Shown here: piece after piece, positions 1-10,021 of the stretch
How the letters are laid out: each line of letters begins with the position of its first letter
Numbering within the stretch: the first letter of the stretch is position 1
Assembly: GCF_000039765.1 (NCBI RefSeq)
Contig: NC_004459.3
Span: 1,969,126 to 2,001,125 of the forward strand
Direction of reading: 5' to 3'
DNA from: Vibrio vulnificus CMCP6
GTDB lineage: Bacteria > Pseudomonadota > Gammaproteobacteria > Enterobacterales > Vibrionaceae
DNA: 32,000 nucleotides
Made by a program: the position numbers and the translations under genes
The notes under the pieces: model-generated
The model's input: only the letters and a program-made list of their open reading frames with translations
The model's database searches: none
Told to the model about the DNA's origin: nothing

Positions 1-2379
1 CGCTGGTGCTGAGTTTGGCGATTGCACATACAGCACGATTCCGGGGTGTTTGTTTAATGGCATGTTGCCGGTTCCCACCATGTAACCAAGTTGCTGTTTA
101 GTGCGAATTTCATGGAAAAAGGTTGCAGACATCAAGTGATTTGCCAAAGAGTAAAGTGCAATGCTGTGAGGTGAGGTGTCTTCACATTGATGATAAATCA
201 CCACCGCAGAGTCCTGTTGGCCACATTCCACTTCTCGTTGGAAGCTGCCATTTGCACCAAGCATAATCAGTGGACGTAAGGCTTCTTCGTAGCGCTGCTC
301 TTTCACTCTCAAGGCGTTTTTCAGTGTCGTGGCCATATCATGCGCTTGTTGGCGCTGCCAATCGCCGTAGACAAACATCTCCACATGCAGCTCAGCGAGA
401 ATGGCATCGACGAACTCGGCCAACTCTTCCACTTCAATCTCTTGTAAGGCTTCAATGAGTTTGGAAAAGGGAGGGTTGTTTGGCTGTAAAATGCCTGTCA
501 TTGCATTAAATAGTTGAGAAATAGGACGATCTTGCGCCGAATTTCGCCAACTGCGAAGCAATTGTTTTTTGATGTTATCAAATCGAATCGGGCTGAAATC
601 TCGCGTTGCAAAGCGCTTGAGGATCATCTCAAGCAGTTGTGGCAGTTTTTGTGAGAAACCCGAGAGCGTTAGGGTGACGCCACCTTGATGAGCGTACATG
701 TTGTAACCCATTCCAGCGATTTCGGCCTGATAAGTTTCTTTGGCCAACGAGTCGAGGAACATCTCAACGCACAGGCGGGTTTTGACAATATTCTTCGCAG
801 AAGAAACCGCGTGTGGACTGTCTATCGCCACGTAAAGCACCCCTTTAGGTACTTTAAATTCGGTGTCCTGTAGGTGCCAGAGACGGAACCCTTCAAGATC
901 TTCAATCAACTGTGGCAGGGTTTCATCCGCTTCGAGCGGGTTGGGATCCAGTTCGTAACAGATAAATGGGTTGCGCGCTGGAAGCTCAAACCCCCAACCT
1001 GGGTTAATTTGCGCATAGTTTTGTTTTTGCTCGTCGCTAAATGGCGTGACACGGTATGGGGTGAAGTACCATGCCGCTTCTTTGTCTGCCTCAAAGCCTT
1101 TCGCAATCAACGTCACACGCAGATTCTCAACGGTAAAATAGTCAAACAAAGAGCGCAGTAGCGTCTCATCGTACTTCGCCATTTTATAATCGCCATAGAT
1201 GGTGTCTTCCGCAGCGTAATGCTGCATGTTAATCACCAAATGACTGACCATGTCGAGTGGTCGAGAGGGCTCTTGGAAGCGAAACGCAGATTCAAGTACC
1301 GCTTGTTTCTCTTTGTATCGCCACTCTTCAAGCCCTTCTGCTTTGATCAAGCGAATGTACTGGAAGACAGCTTGAATAATCTCATCGGTATGGGCGAGTC
1401 CGTCTTTCGTCAAAGTACAACTTACCGTGAAATCACGGTAATTACTGCCAGCAGCGCCACCGCCCGCAGAGAGGGAGGTCACCCAGTTTTTGTTTTTCAG
1501 TTTGAGCATCAAACTGCCTTCACCCTCATATCCAAGCAGATGGGCAAAGTAGGAAAGCGGTTTGGTTGAGTAGTGATGATCCATGCCTGGCAGCGGGAAT
1601 GTCATAATGAGCTTACGTATCTCTTTGAGCGGCTCAATGTTCACCAAAATGCCAGTGCTGTTTTCATCACTGATGGGGGCCTCTATCGATTTACCCGCTA
1701 AATGGTTGTTGGCGATAGGGCCGAACTTTTCTTCTGTCCACGTTTGCAGCTGATCAAGACTTTGCGGTCCATAGATGGTCAAGGTCATTAAATCGGATGA
1801 ATAATGAGTGCGATAGAAGTCTACGATCTCTTGGCGAATGGAAACGCCACCTCTGTCGTTGAGTGTCTCCAAGTTACCGACGGAAAATTTTGCAAAAGGA
1901 TGATTCGGATTAACCACTTCCTTATTGACTTGGTAGAAGCGTCTTGAGTCGTCGTTCAATTTCAGACGATATTCCGATTCGACCGCTTGGCGCTCTTTAT
2001 CCAGAGCCTCTTCGTTAAACAAAGGCGCGACAAAAAACTGACTAAATCGGTCTAGCGCTTTTTCAAAAACATTGGCGCTGACGTCAAAAAAGAAACAAGT
2101 ATGCTCAGTCCCTGTCCAAGCATTATTGCTGCCGCCATGCTGGTTAATATAGCTTTGAAAATCGCCTACTTTAGGGTATTTTTCCGTCCCCAAAAACAGC
2201 ATGTGTTCAAGATAATGGGCAAGACCTTCTCGTTCGATAGGATCATCAAAATGCCCGACATTGACCGCAAGAGCCGCAGCTGATTTGGTGGCGTCTTCGG
2301 AGCTGATCAGCAAAACTCTCAACTGGTTATCGAGCGTCAAGTAACGATAGTGATGAGTGTCATTTGGACTTAAGTGCAC
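1..2379 (-). CDS. M16 (insulinase/pitrilysin family) zinc metallopeptidase, N-terminal 793 codons; the 3' end runs off the window
   Basis: This ORF is absent from the track because it is edge-truncated. The reverse strand has GGAG followed by GTG at 2379-2377. It translates as VHLSPNDTHHYRYLTLDNQLRVLLISSEDATKSAAALAVNVGHFDDPIEREGLAHYLEHMLFLGTEKYP. The inverted zinc motif HxxEH (HYLEH) is encoded at 2203-2217. The frame is still open at position 1 (..GIVLYVQSPNSAPA). I spot-checked both ends only, not every codon. Confidence 0.85.
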   Translation of the reverse strand, partial: MHLSPNDTHHYRYLTLDNQLRVLLISSEDATKSAAALAVNVGHFDDPIEREGLAHYLEHMLFLGTEKYPKVGDFQSYINQHGGSNNAWTGTEHTCFFFDVSANVFEKALDRFSQFFVAPLFNEEALDKERQAVESEYRLKLNDDSRRFYQVNKEVVNPNHPFAKFSVGNLETLNDRGGVSIRQEIVDFYRTHYSSDLMTLTIYGPQSLDQLQTWTEEKFGPIANNHLAGKSIEAPISDENSTGILVNIEPLKEIRKLIMTFPLPGMDHHYSTKPLSYFAHLLGYEGEGSLMLKLKNKNWVTSLSAGGGAAGSNYRDFTVSCTLTKDGLAHTDEIIQAVFQYIRLIKAEGLEEWRYKEKQAVLESAFRFQEPSRPLDMVSHLVINMQHYAAEDTIYGDYKMAKYDETLLRSLFDYFTVENLRVTLIAKGFEADKEAAWYFTPYRVTPFSDEQKQNYAQINPGWGFELPARNPFICYELDPNPLEADETLPQLIEDLEGFRLWHLQDTEFKVPKGVLYVAIDSPHAVSSAKNIVKTRLCVEMFLDSLAKETYQAEIAGMGYNMYAHQGGVTLTLSGFSQKLPQLLEMILKRFATRDFSPIRFDNIKKQLLRSWRNSAQDRPISQLFNAMTGILQPNNPPFSKLIEALQEIEVEELAEFVDAILAELHVEMFVYGDWQRQQAHDMATTLKNALRVKEQRYEEALRPLIMLGANGSFQREVECGQQDSAVVIYHQCEDTSPHSIALYSLANHLMSATFFHEIRTKQQLGYMVGTGNMPLNKHPGIVLYVQSPNSAPA

Positions 2380-2695
2380 GTTGCGTCTCCGAAAATGTCA
2401 ATATTGTTATTATGAACCTGAAAAGAGCGGGTGCAAATTCTCCGTGGTATTTCCATGGCGAATATTGAGATTGATAACGCTTTGCGTACCTCTCTTTAAC
2501 AGATTGTTAAGAAAGTCGAAGTCTTTAGCAAGTGAATTGATATAATTGTCGCGGCTGAGTCGAATAAGATCATCAAATAAATACTCGTCATTGTGCTGTG
2601 ATGGCAGCGCAAAGCGGATCGAAAAATGCAAAGAAGAATGCAAGCGCCTAAACGCGTCAAATGATAATGATCCGAATTGAGTCCAAGGATATTAC

Positions 2696-3160
2696 ATGAA
2701 AGTACTAATTATGCGTCACGGTGAAGCGGAACATTTCGCCGACAGTGATGCACAACGAGCCTTAACCACTCGTGGTCGTCTAGAATCGGATACCGTAGCG
2801 AAAGCTTGTGCCGAACATGGCATCACACATTTTGATAAGGTTCTTGTTAGCCCTTACCTTCGAGCGCAACAAACTTGGCAAGAAATCAGTGGTTATTTTC
2901 AAGCCGACGCAGTGGAAACCTGTGAAGACATCACCCCTTATGGGCAGTCTGAGCAAGTTTATGATTACCTGTGCGCGCTGATTGAAGTCGAGCAGCCAGA
3001 GCAGATTCTGCTGGTTTCACATCTTCCTTTGGTGGGCTATTTGACGGCGGAATTTGTCAAAGACATGTCTGCGCCGATGTTCCCGACATCCGGCATGGTG
3101 TGTGTGGAGTTTGAACCGAGCCAGCATCGTGGCGAAATCCGTTTTAGTTTAAGACCGTAG
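2696..3160 (+). CDS. sixA: Phosphohistidine phosphatase SixA
   Basis: 154 aa. The N-terminus MKVLIMRHGEAE carries the RHG catalytic motif of the histidine phosphatase superfamily, and there is an SHLPLVGYL block as in E. coli SixA. Its position next to smrB and prmB matches enterobacteria. Confidence 0.9.
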   Translation: MKVLIMRHGEAEHFADSDAQRALTTRGRLESDTVAKACAEHGITHFDKVLVSPYLRAQQTWQEISGYFQADAVETCEDITPYGQSEQVYDYLCALIEVEQPEQILLVSHLPLVGYLTAEFVKDMSAPMFPTSGMVCVEFEPSQHRGEIRFSLRP

Positions 3161-3203
3161 TTAGAGCCCAATAGTGGTTAGAGCACGATAACGGAAAGAA
3201 GGA

Positions 3204-3230
3204 CGCTGCAGGAGATAGTCACCTGCAGAC
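3204..3230. terminator. Hairpin between convergent sixA and smrB; possible bidirectional terminator
   Basis: CTGCAGG (3206-3212) pairs with CCTGCAG (3222-3228) across a 9-nt loop, and flanking bases can extend the stem. T-rich sequence follows on both strands but is not immediately adjacent. Confidence 0.4.
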
Positions 3231-3242
3231 GTGAGAGCGGTT

Positions 3243-3773
3243 TTATTTCTCAGGGATTGAGAGCAGAACAAGCAGAGCGCCATCTCCGCCAAATTCAAGT
3301 GGTGCTTGGTGGAAAGCCAGCACATCAGGATGCTGCGCGAGCCACCGTGGCGTTTTTTGCTTGAGAATGTGCTTCCCGATACCGTGCTGCACGCAGGCAC
3401 AATGTACTTCATTTTTCACACAGTAAGCGATCATTGCGCCAAGTTCACGCTTCGCTTCTTGTTGTGTCATCCCGTGCATATCAAGAAACACATCGGGAAC
3501 ATACACCCCGCGTCGCAGGCGTTTGACTTCATAGGTGGATACGTCGTCACGTGCGTAACGGGTCGGCCCTTCTTCGTTTAAAAGAGGAACAAACTCGTCT
3601 GAGAAATAGAATTCAGAGTCACTGGCTTCACGGCTAATACGCTTGATTTCTTTTTGTTTAGTATTTCTGTTTGGTTGCTGGACTATGGTATCCTGAGGCA
3701 ACTTTTTTATGCCCTGTACTGCTTCCCGGAATAATGAGAAATCGTCGTCAAGGTCGTTGTCTTTGTTACTCAT
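3243..3773 (-). CDS. smrB: Smr-domain endonuclease SmrB (ribosome rescue / collided-ribosome nuclease family)
   Basis: 176 aa. The C-terminal Smr domain shows LDMHGMTQQEAKREL and QHGIGKHILK. It is divergent from prmB as in E. coli. Confidence 0.88.
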   Translation of the reverse strand: MSNKDNDLDDDFSLFREAVQGIKKLPQDTIVQQPNRNTKQKEIKRISREASDSEFYFSDEFVPLLNEEGPTRYARDDVSTYEVKRLRRGVYVPDVFLDMHGMTQQEAKRELGAMIAYCVKNEVHCACVQHGIGKHILKQKTPRWLAQHPDVLAFHQAPLEFGGDGALLVLLSIPEK

Positions 3774-3832
3774 GGGTTTAACACTAAATATTTACATCAT
3801 TGGCAGTATTGTAGCGCTTTTCGGAGGCAATT

Positions 3833-4765
3833 TTGGATAAGATTTTTGTAGAAGAGGCCGTTTCTGAGCTTCATTCTCTTCAAGATATGATTCGTTGGAC
3901 AGTGAGCCGCTTTAATGCCGCCAATTTGTTTTACGGTCACGGCACTGATAATGCTTGGGATGAAGCGGTTCAGCTAATCCTTCCTACGCTCTATTTACCG
4001 ATTGATGTGCCTCCGCATGTATTGAACTCACGTTTGACCAGTAGCGAGCGTTTACGCATTGTTGAGCGTGTGGTTAAGCGTATCAACGAACGTACGCCAA
4101 CCGCTTACCTGACCAACAAAGCTTGGTTCTGTGGTTTAGAGTTCTTCGTTGATGAGCGCGTACTTGTGCCACGTTCGCCAATTGGTGAACTTATCCAAGC
4201 GCAATTTGAACCATGGTTAATCGAAGAGCCAGTGCGCATTATGGATCTGTGTACGGGCAGTGGCTGTATTGCAATTGCCTGTGCTCATGCTTTCCCTGAA
4301 GCTGAAGTGGATGCCATTGATATCTCGGTGGATGCACTCGCGGTAGCCGAGCAAAACATTCAAGACCACGGCATGGAGCAGCAAGTTTTCCCTATTCGTT
4401 CCGATCTATTCCGTGATTTGCCAAAAGAGCAATACAACATCATCGTGACCAATCCACCATACGTGGATGAAGAAGACATGAATAGCCTACCAACTGAGTT
4501 CACTCATGAGCCTGCATTAGGTCTTGCCGCTGGAACGGATGGCCTTAAACTCGTGCGCCGTATTTTGGCGAATGCACCGGATTACCTAACAGAGAAAGGT
4601 ATTTTGGTCTGTGAGGTGGGCAACTCAATGGTACACATGATGGAGCAATATCCGCATATTCCATTCACTTGGCTTGAGTTTGAAAACGGTGGCCACGGCG
4701 TCTTCTTGCTAACGCGCGAGCAGTTGTTGGCGTGTGCTGAGGATTTCCGTCTATACAAAGACTAA
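3833..4765 (+). CDS. prmB: Ribosomal protein L3 glutamine N5-methyltransferase PrmB
   Basis: 310 aa. The N-terminus [10 protein letters not shown] matches the E. coli PrmB N-terminus (MDKIFVDEAV), although the start codon here is TTG (3833-3835). GGAGG at 3823-3827 lies 5 nt upstream. The NPPY catalytic motif and the SAM-binding DLCTGSGCI motif are present. Confidence 0.92.
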   Translation: MDKIFVEEAVSELHSLQDMIRWTVSRFNAANLFYGHGTDNAWDEAVQLILPTLYLPIDVPPHVLNSRLTSSERLRIVERVVKRINERTPTAYLTNKAWFCGLEFFVDERVLVPRSPIGELIQAQFEPWLIEEPVRIMDLCTGSGCIAIACAHAFPEAEVDAIDISVDALAVAEQNIQDHGMEQQVFPIRSDLFRDLPKEQYNIIVTNPPYVDEEDMNSLPTEFTHEPALGLAAGTDGLKLVRRILANAPDYLTEKGILVCEVGNSMVHMMEQYPHIPFTWLEFENGGHGVFLLTREQLLACAEDFRLYKD

Positions 4766-4795
4766 GCATTAACCCCTTTGCTGACACTTTTTGAG

Positions 4796-4834
4796 AAAAC
4801 GCCCGCTTTAATGATTTAAGCGGGCGTTTTTTTT
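4796..4834 (+). terminator. Rho-independent terminator after prmB
   Basis: AAAACGCCCGCTT (4796-4808) pairs with AAGCGGGCGTTTT (4818-4830) and is followed by a T run to 4834. Confidence 0.8.
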
Positions 4835-4964
4835 CGAGATGACCGAAAAAGACAAAATTGATCGTTTTAGGGGTTTACATCAAAACACAATAGCGCCACT
4901 ATGAAATCACGAAGAATTGAAATGTATAGCCTGGTTTACAGCGCTAACAATATTTGAGGAAGTA

Positions 4965-6050
4965 ATGGCAGGAAACAGTATCGGACAACATTTCCGAGTA
5001 ACCACGTTCGGAGAAAGTCACGGTATCGCACTGGGATGTATTGTGGATGGATGTCCTCCAGGGCTTGAAATTAGTGAAGCAGATCTGCAGACCGATCTGG
5101 ATCGCCGACGCCCAGGTACATCACGTTACACCACCCAACGCCGCGAGCCGGATGAAGTGAAAATTCTTTCAGGGGTGTTTGAAGGGAAAACAACAGGCAC
5201 ATCGATTGGTTTGTTGATTGAAAATACCGACCAACGCTCGAAAGATTACTCAGACATCAAAGATAAATTTCGTCCGGGTCATGCTGATTACACTTATCAC
5301 CAAAAATATGGGATTCGTGATTACCGCGGTGGTGGTCGTTCTTCGGCACGCGAAACCGCCATGCGAGTGGCTGCTGGAGCGATTGCGAAGAAATACCTCA
5401 AGCAAGCATTTGGTGTTGAGATCCGCGCTTATCTTTCACAAATGGGCGACGTTGCGATTGATAAAGTGGATTGGAACGAAATTGAGAACAACCCATTTTT
5501 CTGCCCTGACGTCGACAAAGTTGAGGCTTTTGATCAACTGATCCGAGACTTGAAAAAAGAAGGCGATTCGATCGGTGCCAAGATTCAAGTGGTGGCGACG
5601 AATGTTCCTGTTGGTTTAGGTGAGCCCGTGTTTGACCGTCTTGATGCGGATATTGCTCATGCTTTGATGAGCATTAATGCGGTGAAAGGCGTGGAGATTG
5701 GTGATGGCTTTGATGTCGTGAGCCAAAAAGGCAGTCAGCACCGTGACACGCTTTCTCCTCAGGGTTTTGGCAGTAACCATGCTGGTGGTATCTTAGGTGG
5801 TATCTCAACCGGACAAGACATCGTTGCCAATATTGCGTTAAAACCAACCTCAAGCATTACCGTGCCAGGGGACACCATCAATGTGGATGGTGAATCTACA
5901 CAGCTCATTACCAAAGGTCGTCACGATCCTTGTGTTGGCATTCGCGCTGTGCCCATCGCTGAAGCCATGTTGGCGATTGTGGTAATGGACCACTTACTGC
6001 GTCATCGTGGACAAAATCATGGCGTCAGCACGCAAACGCCAAAAATCTAG
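4965..6050 (+). CDS. aroC: Chorismate synthase AroC
   Basis: The track ORF begins at a TTG at 4917. The conserved AroC N-terminus [20 protein letters not shown] begins at ATG 4965, which is preceded by GAGGAA. This gives 361 aa. GESHG and the other chorismate synthase signature blocks are present. Confidence 0.93.
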   Translation: MAGNSIGQHFRVTTFGESHGIALGCIVDGCPPGLEISEADLQTDLDRRRPGTSRYTTQRREPDEVKILSGVFEGKTTGTSIGLLIENTDQRSKDYSDIKDKFRPGHADYTYHQKYGIRDYRGGGRSSARETAMRVAAGAIAKKYLKQAFGVEIRAYLSQMGDVAIDKVDWNEIENNPFFCPDVDKVEAFDQLIRDLKKEGDSIGAKIQVVATNVPVGLGEPVFDRLDADIAHALMSINAVKGVEIGDGFDVVSQKGSQHRDTLSPQGFGSNHAGGILGGISTGQDIVANIALKPTSSITVPGDTINVDGESTQLITKGRHDPCVGIRAVPIAEAMLAIVVMDHLLRHRGQNHGVSTQTPKI

Positions 6051-6081
6051 TTCTCTAGTTTAAAGTCATTGAAATATAAAC

Positions 6082-6112
6082 AAAAAGGGTGACCATCAGG
6101 GCCACCCTTTTT
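6082..6112. terminator. Hairpin between convergent aroC and the UPF0126 gene; likely bidirectional terminator
   Basis: AAAAAGGGTG..CACCCTTTTT arms flank an imperfect inner stem (ACC ATCA GGGC). There are A and T runs on both sides. Confidence 0.6.
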
Positions 6113-6139
6113 ATATGGGTTAATATGAGATTTCGTGTC

Positions 6140-6784
6140 TTAATGCACGGCTTCTTCAGAGTCCAAGTGGAATGACGGTAAGCGCCATTTAAATCGGACT
6201 GCCGCCATGCGCAGCACATAACCTACCACGAGTGTGACGATAGTGGCCGTGACGTCTGGGATTTCAAATGCCAACAATGTCAGGTAAAGACCCGATGCCA
6301 AAAGCGCAATGGACGCGTAAAGCTCTTCATGCAATACCAATGGTGTTTGACGACAGATGAGGTCGCGCAGTAAACCACCAAAAACACCAGTCACTAGAGC
6401 TGAAACCATACAAATGCCCGGATGTAAGCCCATCTGCAGCGCAATTTTAGTACCAATAATGCTAAATACGATGAGGCCGAGGGCATCAAGGCGGATAAAC
6501 AAGCCTTTGAGTTTGATCACCCACTTGGCAAGCCCCGTTGTTAAGATGCCCGCCACACAAGTGATAGCAAGAAACTCTGGATTTTTTACCCAACCAAGTG
6601 GGTAGTGTCCTAGTAGGATGTCTCGTACCGTACCACCGCCAATGGCTGTTGCACTGGCCACCAACATTACACCAAACCAATCCATTTTTCTGCGTCCGGC
6701 GCTTAGCGCACCTGTCATGGCTTCTGCCGTGATGCCAATGACATACAAAACACTTAACAACATGTTGAAACGCTCTAGTAACAC
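6140..6784 (-). CDS. UPF0126 / TRIC-type inner membrane protein (YadS/YicG-like)
   Basis: 214 aa and polytopic. It has two internally duplicated glycine-rich motifs (AIGGGTVRDILLG and GVFGGLLRDLICR) typical of the UPF0126 duplication. The start is uncertain: the GTG at 6784 abuts AAGGAA with no spacer, so ATG at 6763 (MLLSVLYVIG) is an alternative. Confidence 0.8.
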   Translation of the reverse strand: MLLERFNMLLSVLYVIGITAEAMTGALSAGRRKMDWFGVMLVASATAIGGGTVRDILLGHYPLGWVKNPEFLAITCVAGILTTGLAKWVIKLKGLFIRLDALGLIVFSIIGTKIALQMGLHPGICMVSALVTGVFGGLLRDLICRQTPLVLHEELYASIALLASGLYLTLLAFEIPDVTATIVTLVVGYVLRMAAVRFKWRLPSFHLDSEEAVH

Positions 6785-7000
6785 TTCCTTTGCGTCATAT
6801 ATACAAAGGGTGGAATAACAAATAAGGCGTGAGTTTAGTCACAAATGATTGGGTTGACGAATGAGAAATAGTAGGGGAAAGCACGCTTTCAAATAAGGTG
6901 AGCTAATTCAAATTGCGCAGTGTTTTGGAACAATCGTTTACCTCATTCTAAAAAAGAGCGACAATGCGCAGCGCAAGTCAAAAGAAGTACAGATCGAACC

Positions 7001-7531
7001 ATGAGTCACCATTATCAAGACCTCATCACCATTTTTAATCAGACCTTTTCTGAGTCATTCAACACCAAGTTAGAGTTGGGTGGCGATGAGCCAATTTATT
7101 TACCCGCGGATACCTCAGTTCCCAATCATCGAATTATTTTTGCTCGTGGTTTTTATGCCTCTGCATTACACGAAATAGCCCATTGGTGCGTGGCTGGACC
7201 AGAGCGCCGACTCCTCGAAGACTTTGGTTATTGGTATGAACCCGATGGAAGAACGGCTGAGGTGCAAGCTGAGTTTGAAAAAGTTGAAATTCGCCCACAA
7301 GCGTACGAATGGATTTTGGCACTCAGTGCAGGCTTTCCTTTTAATGTAAGTTGTGACAACCTACACGGCGATTTCGAGCCTGACCGTTTGGGCTTTATGC
7401 AGAAAGTGCATCAGGAAGTCATGTCGATATTTGAGACGGGGTTCCCCCCTCGAGTGCAGATGCTTTCCGACGCATTGCGGAATTTTTATCAAGTAAAACC
7501 CTTAGAAGTAGGCGATTTCATCGTTAAGTAA
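7001..7531 (+). CDS. epmC: Elongation factor P hydroxylase EpmC (YfcM)
   Basis: The track ORF starts at GTG 6920. MSHHYQDLITIFNQTF at ATG 7001 aligns with the E. coli EpmC N-terminus (MNSTHHYEQLIEIFNSCF). Conserved blocks include GFYASALHEIAHWC, FGYWY and FNVSCDNLHGDFEPDR. This gives 176 aa. Confidence 0.88.
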   Translation: MSHHYQDLITIFNQTFSESFNTKLELGGDEPIYLPADTSVPNHRIIFARGFYASALHEIAHWCVAGPERRLLEDFGYWYEPDGRTAEVQAEFEKVEIRPQAYEWILALSAGFPFNVSCDNLHGDFEPDRLGFMQKVHQEVMSIFETGFPPRVQMLSDALRNFYQVKPLEVGDFIVK

Positions 7532-7545
7532 CCACGAGATTATCC

Positions 7546-7809
7546 ATGATTATTGAATTTGAAGAAAAACTGTTGGAACTGATTGATGCACGTATTGAAA
7601 CGGCATCAGAAGATGAACTGTTTGCAGGTGGTTATTTACGTGGCCATATTTCGCTCTCTGCTGCGTCTTGCGAAGAAGATGGCGTAAACGATGTGACGGA
7701 GCTGAAATCGCGCATTGAGCAGAGTTTAGAGAATGCTCGCTCAGAACTTGCGCCAGCAGATCGCATCATCGTCAGCGACTTGTGGCAAGAGCTCCAAGCG
7801 CAAGCTTAA
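7546..7809 (+). CDS. yfcL: YfcL family protein
   Basis: 87 aa and acidic, starting MIIEFEEKLLELID. It lies between epmC and mnmC exactly as yfcL does in E. coli. The call rests on synteny, size and my recollection of the family. Confidence 0.7.
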   Translation: MIIEFEEKLLELIDARIETASEDELFAGGYLRGHISLSAASCEEDGVNDVTELKSRIEQSLENARSELAPADRIIVSDLWQELQAQA

Positions 7810-7822
7810 CCTCTGTTTCAAT

Positions 7823-7855
7823 AAAAACGCCTCGTCAATACAACGAGGCGTTTTT
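7823..7855. terminator. Bidirectional rho-independent terminator between yfcL and mnmC
   Basis: AAAAACGCCTCGT (7823-7835) pairs with ACGAGGCGTTTTT (7843-7855). An A run and a T run flank a 13-bp stem. Confidence 0.85.
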
Positions 7856-7874
7856 GTTTGTGCGTATCTTCAAC

Positions 7875-9893
7875 TTACAGCTCGGTAATGGCTTTGCCTT
7901 TGCGCAGTTTTCTTACCCACATGCGGCTTGGGTGTAACTCTTCAAGCACGTCAACAGGCAAAGGCAGCGGGTCGTTACAGATTTGCGAGGCGAGCAACTC
8001 AGCCATCAGTGGGGCAGAGCTCAAGCCACGAGAGCCAAGACCAAGGAGGCAGAATAAGTTCGGAAACTGAGAAATTACCTCAATCTCTTCTGCTTGAGTG
8101 TGCGGCAAATCGGCGTATTGACGCTTAATGGCTGAGAAGTCGCCGACATTGCCAACAAACGGCAGATGATCTCGGCTCACACAGCGGATCCCTTGGCGAG
8201 ATAAATTGCCAGATGTATCCACTTCTTTTGCCCACGCTTGGTTTGGGACACATTGCGTCAGTCTCTCGGCATTCTCTTGTTGCGCATTGACATCAAACTC
8301 AGTATCCAAATGGCGGCGATCGTAACTTGCGCCAATGCAAAGATGCTGATTGTTTGGGTTGACGGGAGTCATGTAGCCGTCGTAACACAGCACACTTTTG
8401 AGCTTAGAAAGCGTCTCAGTAGCAGGGACATGGCTGACTTGACCTTTGACTTGGCCAAGCGGAATGTCAGCGGTTTGGCTGAAGGTTTGGAACTCATGAC
8501 CATTGGCAATAACCACAGCGCTATAAGTATCGTGTTGGCCCTGAGTATGGACTTGCCATTGCTGTGACCTTTCGTCCCAGATGAGTTGTTCAACACTCTG
8601 CTCAAATTTGGCCGTGAAGTTGTCGAGGGTGCCCAATTGCGTAAAGAGGGCTTGGGTTAGCTCTGCCGGGCATAGCCAGCCGCCAAGTGGATAATGAACC
8701 GATGCCATGTCGATCGGCAAACCAATTTTTGCTGCGGTTTCTCCTACGGAGAGCTTTTGAATCAACTCGGGTGCAAAGTTCCCAGAGAGCATCTTGTCCA
8801 ACTTGTTGGTTGATTTTTCATCCCACATCAACTGGGTCACGCCACACCAATCATGATCGAAGGTGAGCGCTTGTGCGGCTTGCTCTACAAACTGGCGAGC
8901 AAACAAAAACGCGGGGGCAAATACGCGTGAAACGCCATCATGATTGCCATTGAGTAAAGGGTAAACTGCGCCTTGTCGGTTACCCGATGCGCCTTCTGCA
9001 GCTTGGGCGTGTTTACAATAGAGGGTTACTTTTTGCCCACGTTGAACCAAGGCTTTTGCGAGGGCTGCGCTGGCAATTCCTCCGCCAATGATGGCAATAG
9101 AATCGAGATGAGATGCAGAGGTGCGATTGAAGTAAGGCGCGTGGCGACTTTGTTGTTGTCTTGTTTCCATGCAGCCTGCGATCATTTCTCGCTTGGTGCC
9201 AAAGCCTTTCACTTTTTTCATGGCAAAGCCCGCTTCAATCAAGCCTCGTCTTACAAAACCCGCAGAGGTAAACGTTGCCACTCGACACTCAGATCTCGCC
9301 AGTTTCGCCATGCCATTGAAAAGATCCTGATTCCACATCTCGGGATTTTTACTTGGAGCAAACCCATCGAGGAACCAAGTGTCGATAATGCCTTCTTCAC
9401 CGTAAGGCACCGAGGGTAGGCAATCTTTAATATCGCCCAGCCACAGATCAAGTGTGACAGCGCCATTGTCCAGCACAATACGATGACATTCTGGAACAGC
9501 AGGTGGATAATGACGATGAAGTTTTTCCGCGAGTTCCGCCAACTCAGGCCAAGCTTGATGCGCTTTGATCAAATCTTGTTTGCTAAGGGGAAACTTTTCA
9601 AAGCTGACAAAATGTAACTCTTTGAGTGTTGCGTCGGGGTTTGCACGGCGAAAGTCATTGAACGCCTGCCAAACCGCGAGGAAATTCAATCCAGTGCCAA
9701 AACCCGTTTCGCCAATCACAAAGCGACGGCGGTCAAATTCTTGCCATCTTTCAGGAATAAGATTTTGTTTAAGAAACACATAGCGTGTTTCTTCTAGGCC
9801 GTTCACATTGGAGAAGTAAACGTCATCAAATTGGTCAGAAACCGGTGTGCCGACTTCATTCCAGCCGAGTTCTGCATGGGTAATGGATGTCAT
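7875..9893 (-). CDS. mnmC: Bifunctional tRNA (mnm5s2U34) methyltransferase / FAD-dependent cmnm5s2U34 oxidoreductase MnmC
   Basis: 672 aa. The N-terminal SAM methyltransferase half shows [10 protein letters not shown] and [10 protein letters not shown]. The C-terminal DAO-type FAD domain shows [14 protein letters not shown]. It is divergent from fabB as in E. coli. Confidence 0.92.
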   Translation of the reverse strand: MTSITHAELGWNEVGTPVSDQFDDVYFSNVNGLEETRYVFLKQNLIPERWQEFDRRRFVIGETGFGTGLNFLAVWQAFNDFRRANPDATLKELHFVSFEKFPLSKQDLIKAHQAWPELAELAEKLHRHYPPAVPECHRIVLDNGAVTLDLWLGDIKDCLPSVPYGEEGIIDTWFLDGFAPSKNPEMWNQDLFNGMAKLARSECRVATFTSAGFVRRGLIEAGFAMKKVKGFGTKREMIAGCMETRQQQSRHAPYFNRTSASHLDSIAIIGGGIASAALAKALVQRGQKVTLYCKHAQAAEGASGNRQGAVYPLLNGNHDGVSRVFAPAFLFARQFVEQAAQALTFDHDWCGVTQLMWDEKSTNKLDKMLSGNFAPELIQKLSVGETAAKIGLPIDMASVHYPLGGWLCPAELTQALFTQLGTLDNFTAKFEQSVEQLIWDERSQQWQVHTQGQHDTYSAVVIANGHEFQTFSQTADIPLGQVKGQVSHVPATETLSKLKSVLCYDGYMTPVNPNNQHLCIGASYDRRHLDTEFDVNAQQENAERLTQCVPNQAWAKEVDTSGNLSRQGIRCVSRDHLPFVGNVGDFSAIKRQYADLPHTQAEEIEVISQFPNLFCLLGLGSRGLSSAPLMAELLASQICNDPLPLPVDVLEELHPSRMWVRKLRKGKAITEL

Positions 9894-10021
9894 AGTAGGA
9901 TGTAAATCTGTGATGTAGCGCGGTTAGAATAGGGCGATTGTACGAATTTCTGGGAAAGCTGACCACTTTTGTTATGCTTCTTAGTTATTATCTAGCGGAT
10001 TTTGAATTATAGGAATGTCAC

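Noticed and set aside
270-2283. Plus-strand track ORFs (270-458, 685-873, 874-1161, 1219-1569, 2101-2283) and minus-strand ORF 906-1106.
   Set aside because: All lie within the long edge-truncated minus-strand M16 peptidase ORF (1-2379), which carries a clear HxxEH motif. The alternatives are short and have odd composition.
2410-2643. A 77-aa minus-strand ORF in the peptidase/sixA divergent intergenic region. It has a protein-like amphipathic stretch (YLFDDLIRLSRDNYINSLAKDFDFLNNLLKRG).
   Set aside because: It has a TTG start with no SD, lies in an AT-rich promoter region, and I recognise no family. It cannot be supported without cross-species conservation. It is worth a tblastn check but is not reported as a gene.
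4917-4964. Upstream-extended starts given by the ORF track: aroC TTG 4917, epmC GTG 6920, pdxB 11456 and aphB GTG 26680.
   Set aside because: In each case the conserved orthologue N-terminus begins at a downstream ATG (4965, 7001, 11477, 26668). For aroC and aphB that ATG also has better SD placement; for epmC and pdxB the correction rests on the N-terminal match. The extensions add non-conserved residues.
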